Origin: Hypanus sabinus
Lineage: Eukaryota
Assembly: GCF_030144855.1 (NCBI RefSeq)
Contig: NC_082717.1
Coordinates: 110,484,001 to 110,548,000, forward strand
DNA length: 64,000 nt
Direction of reading: 5' to 3'
The translations under genes and the position numbers were made by a program. Below are positions 24,840-36,962 of the stretch, one piece after another. Position 1 is the first letter of the stretch, and each line of letters starts with the position of its first letter. The notes under the pieces were generated by a model that worked only from the letters and a program-made list of their open reading frames with translations, ran no database searches and was not told the DNA's origin.

Positions 24840-25440
24840 TGAAGGTACTGGAGTTTCAGCAGGTGGGATGACTGAGTAAATCCCTGTGCTCACTCAGGTC
24901 AGAAGTATGGCGTCTACTTATTGTGAACCCACTGGAGCATCTCAAGGTGCGTTAACTGAATGAAACTCTGCTTACTCTCCGAACAGGTGCACAGCTGATC
25001 CTCTTGCGTGTAGTGGCTGCTGTTTCAGTAGCTCCGGTAACTGATTGTACCCTTCCCACACTCTGAGCAGGTGAACATGCTTTCCAAAGTCTGACCACCC
25101 AGGTATTTCTGAGGTCAGATATTTGGATTAATCCTTTCACACACACGGCGCAGGTAAACGGGTTCTCCCCAGTGTGAACTTGCTGGTGTACCTGCAGGTG
25201 CAATGGCCTAATGAATCCCTAAAAAAATGAGAGACCGCGAATGACATCACATCTCTACCAACTGACTGGCCGTTCATCCCGTCTGATCATGAACGTGTAG
25301 ACATATTCTGGTTCTCCTTGCCACAACTGGTGTGCTGTCTTCTCCAGCATCTCCTCCTCCACATACGAGGACTGGAGACATTCAAGTGCTGGTGAACTGA
25401 CAGCCACAGCAGAGCTGACGTGATGTTGTGTTTAACATTC
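24840..25440 (-). pseudogene. Second decayed C2H2 zinc-finger array
   Basis: HLQVHQQVHTGENPFTCAVCVKG in ORF 24952..25203, plus further broken fingers. Confidence 0.78.
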
Positions 25441-25799
25441 CCACAAACTAACCTTTTGCCTTTTCCGCGCTGTCAAAATTCTGCAAAGGTCGTTAATGGA
25501 TGAAAAACAGTTGAAATGGTTTTAGTCTGAATCGTGACCTCTGGTATCAGAGTGTTATAGCAAGGCTCAATACTGCTCGGAGGAGGAAGACCGCGTCTTC
25601 CAACTGGGCACAATTCAAGCATCCAGGCACGACATCCACATAGAAGACCGCCATCACAAATGGTTCTGGCACACAATAACATACAGAAAATACAAAAATA
25701 CCATCAGATAATTTGTAAAATGGCTGAACGCAGAAGCTGCTGCAACAAGCTGCCACTAGCGCCACGCCATCTGAGAGTGTGAGTAGCTTGGAGTATCCG

Positions 25800-26420
25800 G
25801 TCTGACAGTGATTGCAAGTCAGGGTAGGAGACAGCCAGAGAGACTACAACTGCTGACCCTGTCGGTATCACCCCTGGGTACTGAAGGCCTGTACGAGCCC
25901 GCTCTCAGTTACTTTGTCACACATTTACAATCTGAGACTGAGTCAGGAAAAGCTACCAGTGCTGTGGATGACTTCCTGCTTGGTTCCTTTGATCACTAAC
26001 CGGACTGCATCTGAACTTAATGGCGACAGACCAATTGGCCTCATATCTCATGTGATGACGGTACTGGAGAGGCTGGTCCTGTCTTACCCTGGACCCTGTA
26101 GAGTTTCCCTACCAACTTAATGAAGGTGTGGATGATACGATCATCTACCTGTTGCCGCGAGCTCACTCCTACTTGGATGATGCTCGTGGTATTGTGAGAG
26201 TACCTTTTTTGATTTCGCGAGAGTCTTCAATACAATCCAGCCACGTCTTCAGAGCAAGAACCTGCAAAGTATGGGTGGAGACAAGCTAACTCCTAGATTA
26301 CTGCCTTCCTGACAGATAGACCCCAGTTTGCACTGCCGTGTCGTTCTCTGCCGGAAGTGATGGTGAGTGGTACTGGAGACCCAGTAGGGACTGTCCTGTC
26401 CACATTTCTGTTAACACTAT
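25800..26420 (+). mobile_element. Old Rex1/Babar-like RT fragment
   Basis: LNGDRPIGLISHVMTVLERLV and an FFDF..VFNTIQP-like segment. Confidence 0.6.
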
Positions 26421-26459
26421 TATCTCACCTCCCCCACTTTCTTATCCCTCCCTTAATTC

Positions 26460-26497
26460 CAGTCTTGAAGAAAGGTCTTGGTCTGAAACGCCGACTG
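26460..26497 (+). ncRNA. Relic minimal type I hammerhead ribozyme motif in a Penelope tail (tail extends to ~26596)
   Basis: CAGUC-UUGAAGA-A-AGGU CUUG GUCU-GAAA-CGCC-GACUG. Perfect 5-bp stem I and a stem II with G-U pairs; two core substitutions. Confidence 0.6.
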
Positions 26498-26629
26498 TTC
26501 AATCCTCTCCAGAGTTGCTGCCTGCCCCCTTGAGTTCCTCCAGCATTTTGTGTGCGAGTTGCTTTGGATTTCGTATCTGCAGATTTTCTCCTGTTTACTC
26601 ACATTAGCATGTGTAGAGGTTGAGTACGG

Positions 26630-26900
26630 CCAAATATCACGCATGCGCTCAGCAGACGAGAGGCTCACAAGGTTTGGCAGCGGGGTGGATGGGCCTCCGG
26701 GCGGGAATTAATTACCGGCGTCTGAAACGCGATTGAGGGGCTATTACAGTGAGCTCCTGCCGCACGGGTCCTGCACCTCAGCACAGCCTCGGTCTGTTCC
26801 TCGTTTCTCAGCCGCACGATCCGTACCAGGGCTCCGAGGGACTTTCGGCTGAAAGGGAAGTAATGGGAAGGGGATTGAACGAATGGGATGAGTATGGACA
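26630..26900. promoter_or_regulatory. CpG-rich putative promoter with NRF1-like and E2F-like sites
   Basis: CGCATGCGCT at 26640-26649, GGCGGGAA at ~26700, GC/CpG-rich, about 1.2 kb upstream of the second ZNF remnant. Confidence 0.4.
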
Positions 26901-26965
26901 CCTGTTCAGTCAGTGGCAGTGTGCCTGCACTCACAGTCCGCCTTGAGATATCCTTGTGGTTAAGG

Positions 26966-29760
26966 CCATAAGACCAAAAGACATAGGAGCAGAATGAGGT
27001 AATTCGGCCCATCGAGTTACTTCGCCATTCAATCATGGCTAATCATTTTTTTCTCTCCTTCTCACCACAGTTTAAAGGCGTTCTCCCCATAACCGTTGAT
27101 GCCATGTCCAATCAGGAACCTATTAATCTCTGTCATAAATACATGCAAACTGGCCTCCACTGATGCATGCGGCACCAAATTCCACAAATTCACCCTCTGG
27201 CTAAAGACATTTCTCCGCATCTCTTCTTTGAATGGAGGTTCCTGCATACTGGGGCTGTGTCCTCTTGTCGTAGACTCTCCCGCCAAAAACATCCTTTCCA
27301 CATCTGCTTTGTTTAGGCCGTTCAGCATTTGAAAGGTGTCAGTGAGATCAGTCCTCGTCTTTCTAAGTTCCAGCGAGTACAGGCCCAGAGCTATCAAACA
27401 TTCCTTGTATGATAACCATTTCATTTCTGGAAACATCCTTGTGAACTCCCTTTGGAATCTTTCCAATTCCAGCACAGCTTTTTCAAAATGAGGAGCAAAA
27501 AACTGTTCACAGTTCTCATGGTGGGGTCCTAACAGTGCCTTACCAATCTTCAGAATCACATCCCTGCTCTTATAGTCTGGACCTCACGAAATGAATGCTA
27601 ACATTGTATTTTCCTTCCTCACCAACGACTCAACTTGCTCGTTAAACATCAGCGTGTTCTGCACAAGGACTCCCAGGTCCATTTACATTTCAGATATTTG
27701 GATTTTCTCCCCGTTTAGAAAATAGTCCGCACATTTATTTCTACTACCAAGGTGCGTGTCCAACATTTCCCAAAAGTATTTTTCTTTTTCTAATTTTTCC
27801 CATTGTACTAATCTGTCTAAGTCCTTCTTCATCCTACAAGATTCCTCAACACTACCTTCTCCTCCAACAATCCTCGAATCATCTGCAAATTTGGCAATGA
27901 AGCCATGTTTTTTTATTAAGTGCAATCCAGAACAATAGCCAAATCAGAAATGCCGATCAAGTCAACTAGTTCCCAGAGAGAACTCTGATAGGCCACTCAG
28001 ATGGTTCAGTGCTGCTTAGCGTTAACAGGCAGAAGGGTCACTAGCCCCTGTACCCAAGAAACACACCTGAGCGGTGCGGCGGAGGAATGTGTTATGCGTG
28101 ACCTGATCTGAAAGCATCATGTCGACTTATAACAGATCGTGATCACTGTGGAACAGCTTAGTCAGGGATGGGGTGATCAGCACAGATAGACAAATTATAC
28201 CTCCACTACCCCATGATCTTCCTTCATCTAAATCATTAACATGCAGCAGAAAAAGAAGTGGTCCCAACACAAGCGCCTGCGGAACAACACTAGTCACTGG
28301 CAGCCAACCAGACATGGATCCTTTTATTTCCAGTCATTGCATCCGTACAGTCAGACAATACTCTAATCATGTTGGTACATTTTCTGTAATACCACGGGCT
28401 CTGATCTTGGTAAGCAGCCTCATGTGTGGCACCTTGTCAAAGGCCTTCTGAAAGTCCAAATTTACAACATCCAGCGCATCCCTTTTATCAATCCAACTTG
28501 TAATCTCCTCAAATAATTCCAACAGATTGGTCAAGCAAGCTTTTCTCTTTAGGAAACTACGCTGCCATTGTCCTATCTCGTCGTGTGTCACAAAGTACTC
28601 CATCACCTGATCGTTAAAAAATAACTCCAGCATCTTCCCATCCAGTGAAGTAAGGCTAAGTGGACTATAATTTTTCTTCTGCTTCCTTCCTCCTTTCAAT
28701 AAAGTGAAGTTGCATTAGGAACTTTCCAGTATTCTGCCACCAATCCAGAGTCCAATGATTTTTGAAAGATCATTGCTAATGCCGCCATAATTTCTAGCGT
28801 TTTCTCTTCCAGAACCCTAATGTACAGTTTATCTGATCCAGATTACTTATGAACCTTAAGTGTTTCAGTTTTCTGAGCACCTGCTTCCTTGTAGTAGTAA
28901 CTACACCAATTCTTTTCCTTCATATACTACATCTGGCACACTGCTAGTGTCTTCCACAGTTAAGATTGATGCAAAATGCTCATTTCGTTCATTCGCCGTC
29001 TCCGTGTCTCCCGTTAGTATTATTCCTACCCCTCGCTGTCAGATATCCACTCTGATCTCTCATTTTTTAGCATAGTTAAAAACTTATTAGTATCCATATT
29101 GATAATATTTGCTAGCTTGCTTTCAACTTTAATCTTTTCCTTTCTAATGATTATTTTAGATGATCGCTGGAAGTTATTTAAAATATTCCCAATCCTCTAT
29201 CTTCCCACTAATTTTTGCTTTGTTGTATGCCCTCTCTTTTGTTTTTACATCAGCTTTAATTTCCCTTGTCAGCCACGGTTACACTCGTTTGCCAGTTGAG
29301 TATTCCTTCATTCTTGGAATATATATGTCTTGCAGCTGCCTCATTTTTCCTAGAAACGCGCACTATTGCTGCTCTGCTGACTTCCCTGCCAGCAGCTAAC
29401 TCCAATTTACTTCCGCAATCTCATCTCTCATACCACTGAAATTTTCCTAGTCCACTGAAATATTGCCATGTCAGGCATTGATTTCTCCCTATCATATTTC
29501 AAGCTGAACTCATTCAAATCTTTATCACTGGTTTGTAAGGGTTCGTTTACCTCAAGCAACCTAATCGCCTCCAGTTCATTATCTAATACCCAATCCAGTA
29601 TACCTTATCCCCTAGTGGTCTAAACGGCAAACTGCTTTAAAAAGTTAGTTCTCAGACATTCTACAAACTCACCCCATTTAGATCCATTAGCAATCTAACT
29701 TTTCCAAAAGACCTATATGTTAAAATCTCCAATGACTAACATGACATTGCCCTTTTGACA
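26966..29760 (-). mobile_element. CR1 LINE, decayed, with a ~305-bp foreign insert at ~27908-28210
   Basis: NYSPLSLTS, LDFQKAFDKVPH, LGPLLF, KFADD, and a (ccataaga)-type tail. Confidence 0.85.
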
Positions 29761-30157
29761 AGCCTTTTTGCGTTTTCGACTTCGACTTTTCCGAAAATAA
29801 CAGTATAGAGGTCTCGGTGAAGAATTCAACAATCCGTTAATTTACTTCTCGGTATTTGCAGAGGATACCGCTAGATGTGCTAACCAAATGTAACCATAAG
29901 AGCGGTAAGCATAAAAACAGAAGAACTTAAGAAATAGGAACATGGGTAGGCTATTTAGCCCACCGAGACTGCTCCACCATTTAATAAGGTCATGGCCAAA
30001 ATAACCATTAACTCATCTTCAACTACCTGTCCTTCCCCTTTAACTATTAATCCCCCCACTTTGGAGAAAACTATCCGAACTGCTTTTAAATATATCCCCT
30101 GGGGTAGCCTGCAATGTTTCACTGGGCAGAGAATTCTGCAGATTCGGCACTCTTTGG

Positions 30158-30570
30158 TGTTACATACCCTGTGGTTATCTTGTGACTGTCTTTTGACCAT
30201 TATGTTATTGAATATATGTTGAGCATGACGTAATGGTCTTGTGATGGTGGGGTGATGGAATTTCCCGCCAGTGTGAGGTCACGAGATGACAGGTTCCAAC
30301 GGGTATAAAACGGGAAAGCCTGCTGTGATGCAGGAGTTTTTTTTTGCGCCGAGTCGTCGTTCAATTCGTCGTTATGCTGTGTATTTGTCTCATGACGCAG
30401 TATCGTTTTAAAGTGGATTTTACCTCCTACTGTAAAGGTACCGTATCGTTGTGCCGGCAGTTTTGTAAATCGCTGCCAGTTATGTTTGATGTATCTTTGA
30501 TTTTATTTTAAAGTCTGAGTATTGGAGAGTGATGACTTTACCGAAATACGGGAACTCGAAGGATCATCCA
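30158..30570 (+). mobile_element. LTR-like 5' segment with promoter motifs
   Basis: Starts TGTTAC at the break in a CR1 tail. TGACGTAA 30226-30233, GGAATTTCCC 30257-30266, TATAAAA 30304-30310. The right end could not be defined. Confidence 0.5.
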
Positions 30571-31734
30571 AAACTCCTCCTTCCAATTATGAGGGAGGAA
30601 ACACACTAAAGGAATATGCCTTCACTCCATCATTAAAGTAGTAAAGAACATAGTTCCGGATCGGGGCCGTAGGGCTTGGGGCAAAGGTGCCAGTAGAGTG
30701 TACAAATCTGTTACTTTAACGGTGGTGATGGGTATTATTAAATCTGATAATATACAACAAATCGTTATATAATCTCAATCCTATCTTTGGTCAGTGATTG
30801 GAGGTGAGAAAACGTTTAAGTCGTTGGAGATTTGTTGACGTCGTGACGTCATCTTTTAGATATGTTGAATAATAATTTGCGGACGATTCCAGCGTCCATT
30901 TGCGTTTGATTCGAAAGATCTCATAAATGTTGTAGGATTCTAGTTATAGATTATTTGTTAATTGTTTAATACTTAAAATTATGTGATAGTTTAAAGTGTA
31001 AATGTATTGAGAATGTAAAATATTGCACAAGGACTGGACATTTCTGAGTTCAGTTGAAAGAGAAACAGAGGTAATGCGTGCGTGAACGGAAGACAGTCGT
31101 ATGAGTGTTAGCATTGTAGTGAAAAAATGTTTGAATTAATCTTTTGTTTAACAAGAATATCGCACAGTCTGCAAATGGTTGAAATAAATTTGCAGGAACA
31201 TAGGAATATCAGAGACTGCTTACTTTTTTCCGAAATTGTATAAATTCTTAGTATATGGGAGCCACTATCACTCACATCTGGTTTCCCTTTGTTCTTCAGA
31301 ATATCTGATAAGTATTTTCACTCGAGGAATTAACTGTTTATTCGATATACGCAAGTTACCAGCGAAGATTTGAAGGAAGGAACCTTGGAGCTTAGATTTT
31401 TATATTGCTTTACCTCCATATTACGATTGCGTTCTTGTGTGTGTTTGCTGCACTATTGGTTTAAGAGCGAGATGCGGATTCCACACGGGCCGTGTGAAAT
31501 CAAGGCTAAATAGATCGAGATATGAGTGTATCTATTCCCGTCCGATCAACCCAATGTTCAAAGGTAAATTAACATAAGACAAATTCGTGTGTACTTGAAT
31601 TTTTATTTGAAGTCGCTTTCTGGGAGGCTGGTTCATTTGGAAAGCAACAATGGATGCTGCTGAATATATTGAAATGCTGATCTTGAGTTGCAAGATTCCA
31701 TTGGAAAAATGATTTGATGTAATCGTAGCATTTG

Positions 31735-33251
31735 CCCCGTAATAAGTAAACGTGATTTTAATTCGATAGCGTGAAGTTTCGCAACTGTAATAGGTATACG
31801 TGGTTCAGTTTACGTAGACTGCAGTTTCAGTCCTGTAATAAGTATACGCGGTTTCAGTTTAGATAGCGGGCAGTTTCAGTCCTGTAATAAGTATACATAG
31901 TTTCAGTTTAGATAACGTGCAGTTTCAGTACTGTAATAGGTATTCGTGGTTTCAGTTTAGATAGCAGGCAGTTTCAGTCCTGTAATAAGTATAGATTGTT
32001 TCAGTTCAGATAGGTGCCAGTTTCACTTCTGTAATAAGTATAGGCAGTTTCAGTTTAGATAACGTGCAGTTTCAGTCCTGTAATAAGTATACAATGTTTC
32101 AGTTTAGATAGCGGCCAGTTTCAGTCCTGTAATAAGTATAGGTAGTTTCAGTTTAGATAGCGTTAAGTTTCAGTCCTGTAATAACTAAACGTGGTTTCAG
32201 TTTAGATAGCGTGCAGTTTCAGTCCTGTAATAAGTATACGTAGTTTCACTTTAGATAGGGTGCAGTTTCTGTCCTGTAATGTATACGTAGTTTCACTTTA
32301 GATAGCGTGCAGTTTCTGTCCTGTAATAAGTATACTTATTTTCAGTTCAGATAGCGGCCAGTTTCAGTCCTGTAATAAGTATAAGTCGTTTCAGTTTAGA
32401 GAGCGTGCAGTTTCAGTCCTGTAATAAGTATACGTGGTTTCAGTTTTGATAGCGGCCAGTTTCCGTCCTGTAATAACTATACATTGTTTCAGTTTAGATA
32501 ACGTGCAGTTTCAGTCCTGTAATAAGTATACATTGTTTCAGTTTAGATAGCGTGCAGTCTCATTCCTGTAATAGCATAGGTAGTTTCAGTTTAGATAGCG
32601 TGCAGTTTCAGTCCTGTAATAAGTACAGGCAGTTTCAGTTCAGATAGCGGCCAGTTTCAGTCCTGTAGTAAGTATACGTAGTTTCAGTTTAGATAGCGTG
32701 CAGTTTCTGTCCTGTAATAAGTATAGGCAGTTTCAGTTCAGATAGCGGCCAGTTTCAGTCCTGTAATAAGTATAAGTCGTTTCAGTTTAGAAAGCGGGCA
32801 GTTTCAGTCCTGTAATAAGTATACATTGTTTCAGTTTAGATAGCGTGCAGTTTCAGTCCTGTAATAAGTATAGGTAGTTTCAGTTTAGATAGCGTGCAGT
32901 TTCTGTCCTGTAATAAGTATACGTTGTTTCACTTTAGATAGCGGGGAGTTTCAGTCCTGTAATAACTAAACGTGGTTTCAGTTTAGGTAGCGTGCAGTTT
33001 CAGTCCTGTAATAAGTATAGATAGTTTCAGTTTAGGTAGCGTGCAGTTTCAGTCCTGTAATAAGTATACGTAGTTTCAGTTTAGATCGCGGGCAGTTTCA
33101 GTCCTGTAATAAGTATAGGTAGTTTCAGTTTAGATAGGGGCCAGTTTCAGTCCTGTAATAAGTATAGGTAGTTTCAGTTTAGATAGCGGCCAGTTTCAGT
33201 CCTGTAATAACTAAGCGTGGTTTCAGTTTAGCTAGCGTGCAGTTTCAGTCC
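31735..33251. repeat. 49-bp minisatellite, about 31 copies
   Basis: Consensus cagtttcagtcctgtaataagtatacgtagtttcagtttagatagcgtg; period verified (31871 to 31920). Degenerate at the left end, abrupt at the right end. Confidence 0.97.
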
Positions 33252-33254
33252 GAA

Positions 33255-34900
33255 TTCAATAGCTCGCTTTCAAAGTCAACCCCTAACACAGTAAATTATC
33301 CAAGTCCTGCGGGATGGTCAGATTAATGTCTGTCTCTCAGAACACTATTATAGCAAAGTCTTGAAATAGCTGCAAAGTGTATTGAAGATTTTACCTTCCC
33401 TGTGGAACATCCCTAGCCACTGTCCTCCAGGCGGAGTACACTCCATCCACTAACCCATCAGCCTGCCCTTGGTAAGCCAGTTCTGAATCTATGCAGCCAG
33501 TTTTCATTAGATCACATGCCACCTGACTTTCTGAATGCGTGCACCACAGAAAATTCAGTCTAACACCTTACACATTAATATATCCCACGTCTACTCTTCT
33601 GCTTCATCTGCCTTTTTTTTACTTGTTCATGGAATTTATTCTGACTCATAAAAGAGACAAAACCATGCTAACTATCCCAACCAGAATACGTATCTCCGTT
33701 AATTTTATCTCTATGAAGCCTCTCCAATGCCTTGCCCACTGCTGACCGAAGACTCAGTGGCCTGTAATTCTCAAGACTATTCCTACTACATTTCTTGAAC
33801 AAAGAAATAACATTTGCCATTCTCCAGTCCTCCCGTACTACTTCTGTGGCCAGTGATGACGCAAATGTTATGTCTAAAACCGCAGCAATACTTCGCTTGC
33901 TTTCTGTAATTACCTGGATTGAACACCTTCTAGCACCGAGAAATGGTTTATATTCATTATTCCCAGTTTCCAGCTGGTAATTCATAAGCGTCTCATGCCT
34001 CAGCACACCTGCATTTCTTCATTGTACCCACATTAATAAAGATCTCACTCACTGGTGAATACCAAATCAAAGTATCATAAAGGACTTTCACTGCCTCTTT
34101 GCACTCCAGACACATGCTTCCTCTTTTATCTCTTAACTCTCCCAGTGTATCTCTCGTCATCCTCCTGTTTTTCACCTCCATTAATGCGGCTCTCCCATGC
34201 TTCTCATGTTCCCTTTTAATTCTTCTAAGTTCATAGGTAAATCCCTCTTGAATACATTGTAACTTTCCATAGCCCTGCCTGATCCTTTCTTCCAATACCT
34301 TAAGAATATTTTTTCTACCTCTTGAAGAGGTGTCCCATATCTCTTATCAACCAGGTTTACTTTACAGGGCCATCCGACGCCGCCTCAATGTAACAAGCCA
34401 ATGCTGAAACCAATCTAGTGTTCCATTAACAATCCCCATATTATTCCTGTGCATTTGAAGGAACAAATCGCTTCCTTAATTCGGCTCCCACTTTCCTACC
34501 CAATAGTATCAATTAAATGTATTCCATATTGTCTGCTGCTATTCCAGTGTAAGGTATGTCGAATAACTGTGCTCCATCGTTCTGAAATGCTGACACACGG
34601 AGAGGTCAGTTACCTGACCGATTTCTTTTCCTAGTATTAGCACAAGATGGACTGTTCACTAGTCCGCCTGCCCGCTACTTGTGTCATCTCTCCTTCCTGG
34701 ACACAACTGGAAAAATCTGTCACACCTAAACCTATTAATAGAGTATCAGTGCCGATGAGTATCAGTGATGTTTACGTTGCCTATGACAAAAGCCATATTA
34801 ATTAAACCACTTGCGCAAAATCTATGTCCCCATCTGTCACTGTCTCCGTGTGTGGTTTTCGATTGGTGATTGGAGCTCTGTACAGAATACTCTCAAACTA
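33255..34900 (-). mobile_element. Old CR1 LINE fragments
   Basis: EDWRMANVISLFKK...NYRPLSL. Confidence 0.7.
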
Positions 34901-35357
34901 GTGTTTCTTCCCGTAAAGTGCAGAAGTAATTATTTCCCTTGTGATTGAATTGACTTTATTTCTTACAACCTTCTCATACATGAGGAATAAAAATATTTAG
35001 GTTACGGTTTAGGTCACATCTCAGTCCAAATGTGCAATATGCAATCCCAGTACTTTATAATAATTTATAATAAACAGAACAGTCAATGCAACATAGAGCA
35101 ACACTACTAAAACCAGTGTGAGTTAAATCAGTTTGATGGCCTGGTGGATGAGGCGGTCCCAGAGCCTACTGGTCCTGGCTTTTATGCTGCGGTAACTTTT
35201 CCCAGATAATTGTCAAATCACTGCGATAGTCTGGAATTTATTCATTTCAGGATGACCAGGTACATGATTGTTTGCATTTATGACATATTTTTCCAAAGCG
35301 AGTGATTTTAAAACTATTTTATTCGAAAACTGCGCTGAATTGGAATTGGAGTGGGTG

Positions 35358-36256
35358 TTATTTACACAGACGGCCATTTAATGTAAACACATACTTCATC
35401 CCATTCTTCAGCTCTTGTCTAAATTTCCTTTGTGTCAATGTATAGATACAAGTATTGGTGCACACACTGAGAGTTTGCAACATGTACCCAAATTGTTGTA
35501 GTATATATAACGGGGAACTCAAATATCTGTCCATGTAATAGTAATTTTCCCTTTGCCATTTCAGGGAATGAGCTGCGTAGGGCATCCAAAGTAATATGAA
35601 ATTAGCTGAAATTGCAAACAATAAAATCATCGATTTTCTGCGGTTTTCCACCTCGGTATCTTTCTGTTTATCACTGCTCTTCCGAAGTCCTCTGCGGACT
35701 CTATTCGCCGCAATTATATGTCTTACTGTTAACCCATTGAAGATGAGAACTAAACCGATTGGCAGCAACGGTGTTAAAATGCTATCTAGTAATTCGATTC
35801 CTTTCCACACGGATAAGGTAGCGTATTCATGAGTGAGGACGCAACGCCAAGGAACCTTGTCAATGATGACATAAGGTTCAACAGTAAAGTAAAACGGGAC
35901 ACTTCTCCCGCAACTCACTAAAACCACGGTCACCATAACAGCCGTTGCTGTTCTCTCAGTGCAGTATCGTTTCCCAAGCTTTCGACAACATATTGCGATG
36001 AAACGATCGAAGGTAAAACTGACCGTAAACCAAACAGAACAGTCCCTCGTCACAACAAATAATACAATTGTCAGAGCGCATACAGGAGTGATGAGCAGGG
36101 ATCTGGAATAAATGTAGATATTGTTGGTCTGTTCCAGTAAAGCGAAAACTATAACCACCATCATATCCGCTGTTGCCATTCCAACCAGGTAACGGGTGAT
36201 GCATTTAGAGAGTCCGCATTTTCCCCGAGTTAGGATCACAATGGCCGTCAAATTCA
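35358..36256 (-). CDS. Class A (rhodopsin-like) GPCR, GPR139-like family, exon 2
   Basis: Open 899-nt exon after a pyrimidine tract and ttatag acceptor. Hydrophobic TM segments, LVGMATAD (TM2), FTFDRFIAIC (TM3), NFILLWMP (TM6), TNTCIY (TM7), FRQEL (helix 8). AATAAA at 35318-35323 and 35237-35242 on the minus strand. Confidence 0.93.
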
Positions 36257-36962
36257 CTATAAGAAATTCGGATAGAAAAAAATAATCAGCACAGAATTGT
36301 CGTTTGCTGCAACTGTCTGAATGCCTACCATTTTTCCAATGCTACGCAGGGTATGATTTTTTTTAATGAAAAGCATAAATTCAATTTGTGCGGAGTCCGT
36401 CCGCGTCCACTGGCTGGACAATAATGGACAGAATTAACAGTGGGTTGTGGACTTTCCAACAGATTAGAACCGGGCATCTGATTTCCACGACTCACGTACC
36501 GCTGAAGTTCGATCGCTCCATAAACAAAACCATTTGCATTAATTGAGGTGAAATATATGAAAGGTTTATTTGTAGTGAAATCAGGAGATATAATTCATAA
36601 GCTATAATTTAACGTGTTATTTGAAGGACAGACCTGCTGGTCGATATTCGACTGGCCGGTCAGTTGGAAAAGCTTTGAACTGGGAATGCGACCACCATCG
36701 GTTCAGAATGCCGAGCAAGATAAAATTATGGAATTATGGCAACATCGGCACCAACGTTATTGACAAAAGCAATAAAAAAGCATCACATAGAAACAACATG
36801 GAAGCTGAATAACAAAACTATCAGATGTTTGAATCCTCAATTCTGGAAACACATTTCAAACGAAGATAGCATCTGTGCTCAGTAAAAGTCCAAACAGTGC
36901 AGCGGAACAAAAGCAAGAAGACGACAGCACCACAGATCGAGTGACCAGCTCCAGTACCTTAC

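Noticed and set aside
31640-31730. Gypsy gag start before the array
   Set aside because: Resembles a gag N-terminus only from memory; the frame closes quickly and no primer-binding site was found.
31735-33251. CRISPR array
   Set aside because: The variable parts are only ~4 nt and recur. There are no unique spacers or cas genes, and the context is vertebrate.
35358-36257. GTG start at 36257 from the ORF track, and the gene symbol GPR139
   Set aside because: The G at 36257 belongs to the splice acceptor and the start codon is in exon 1. Orthology to GPR139 cannot be shown from sequence alone.
36460-36720. tRNA-like segments in the GPCR intron
   Set aside because: Only loose A/B-box resemblance and no consistent cloverleaf.
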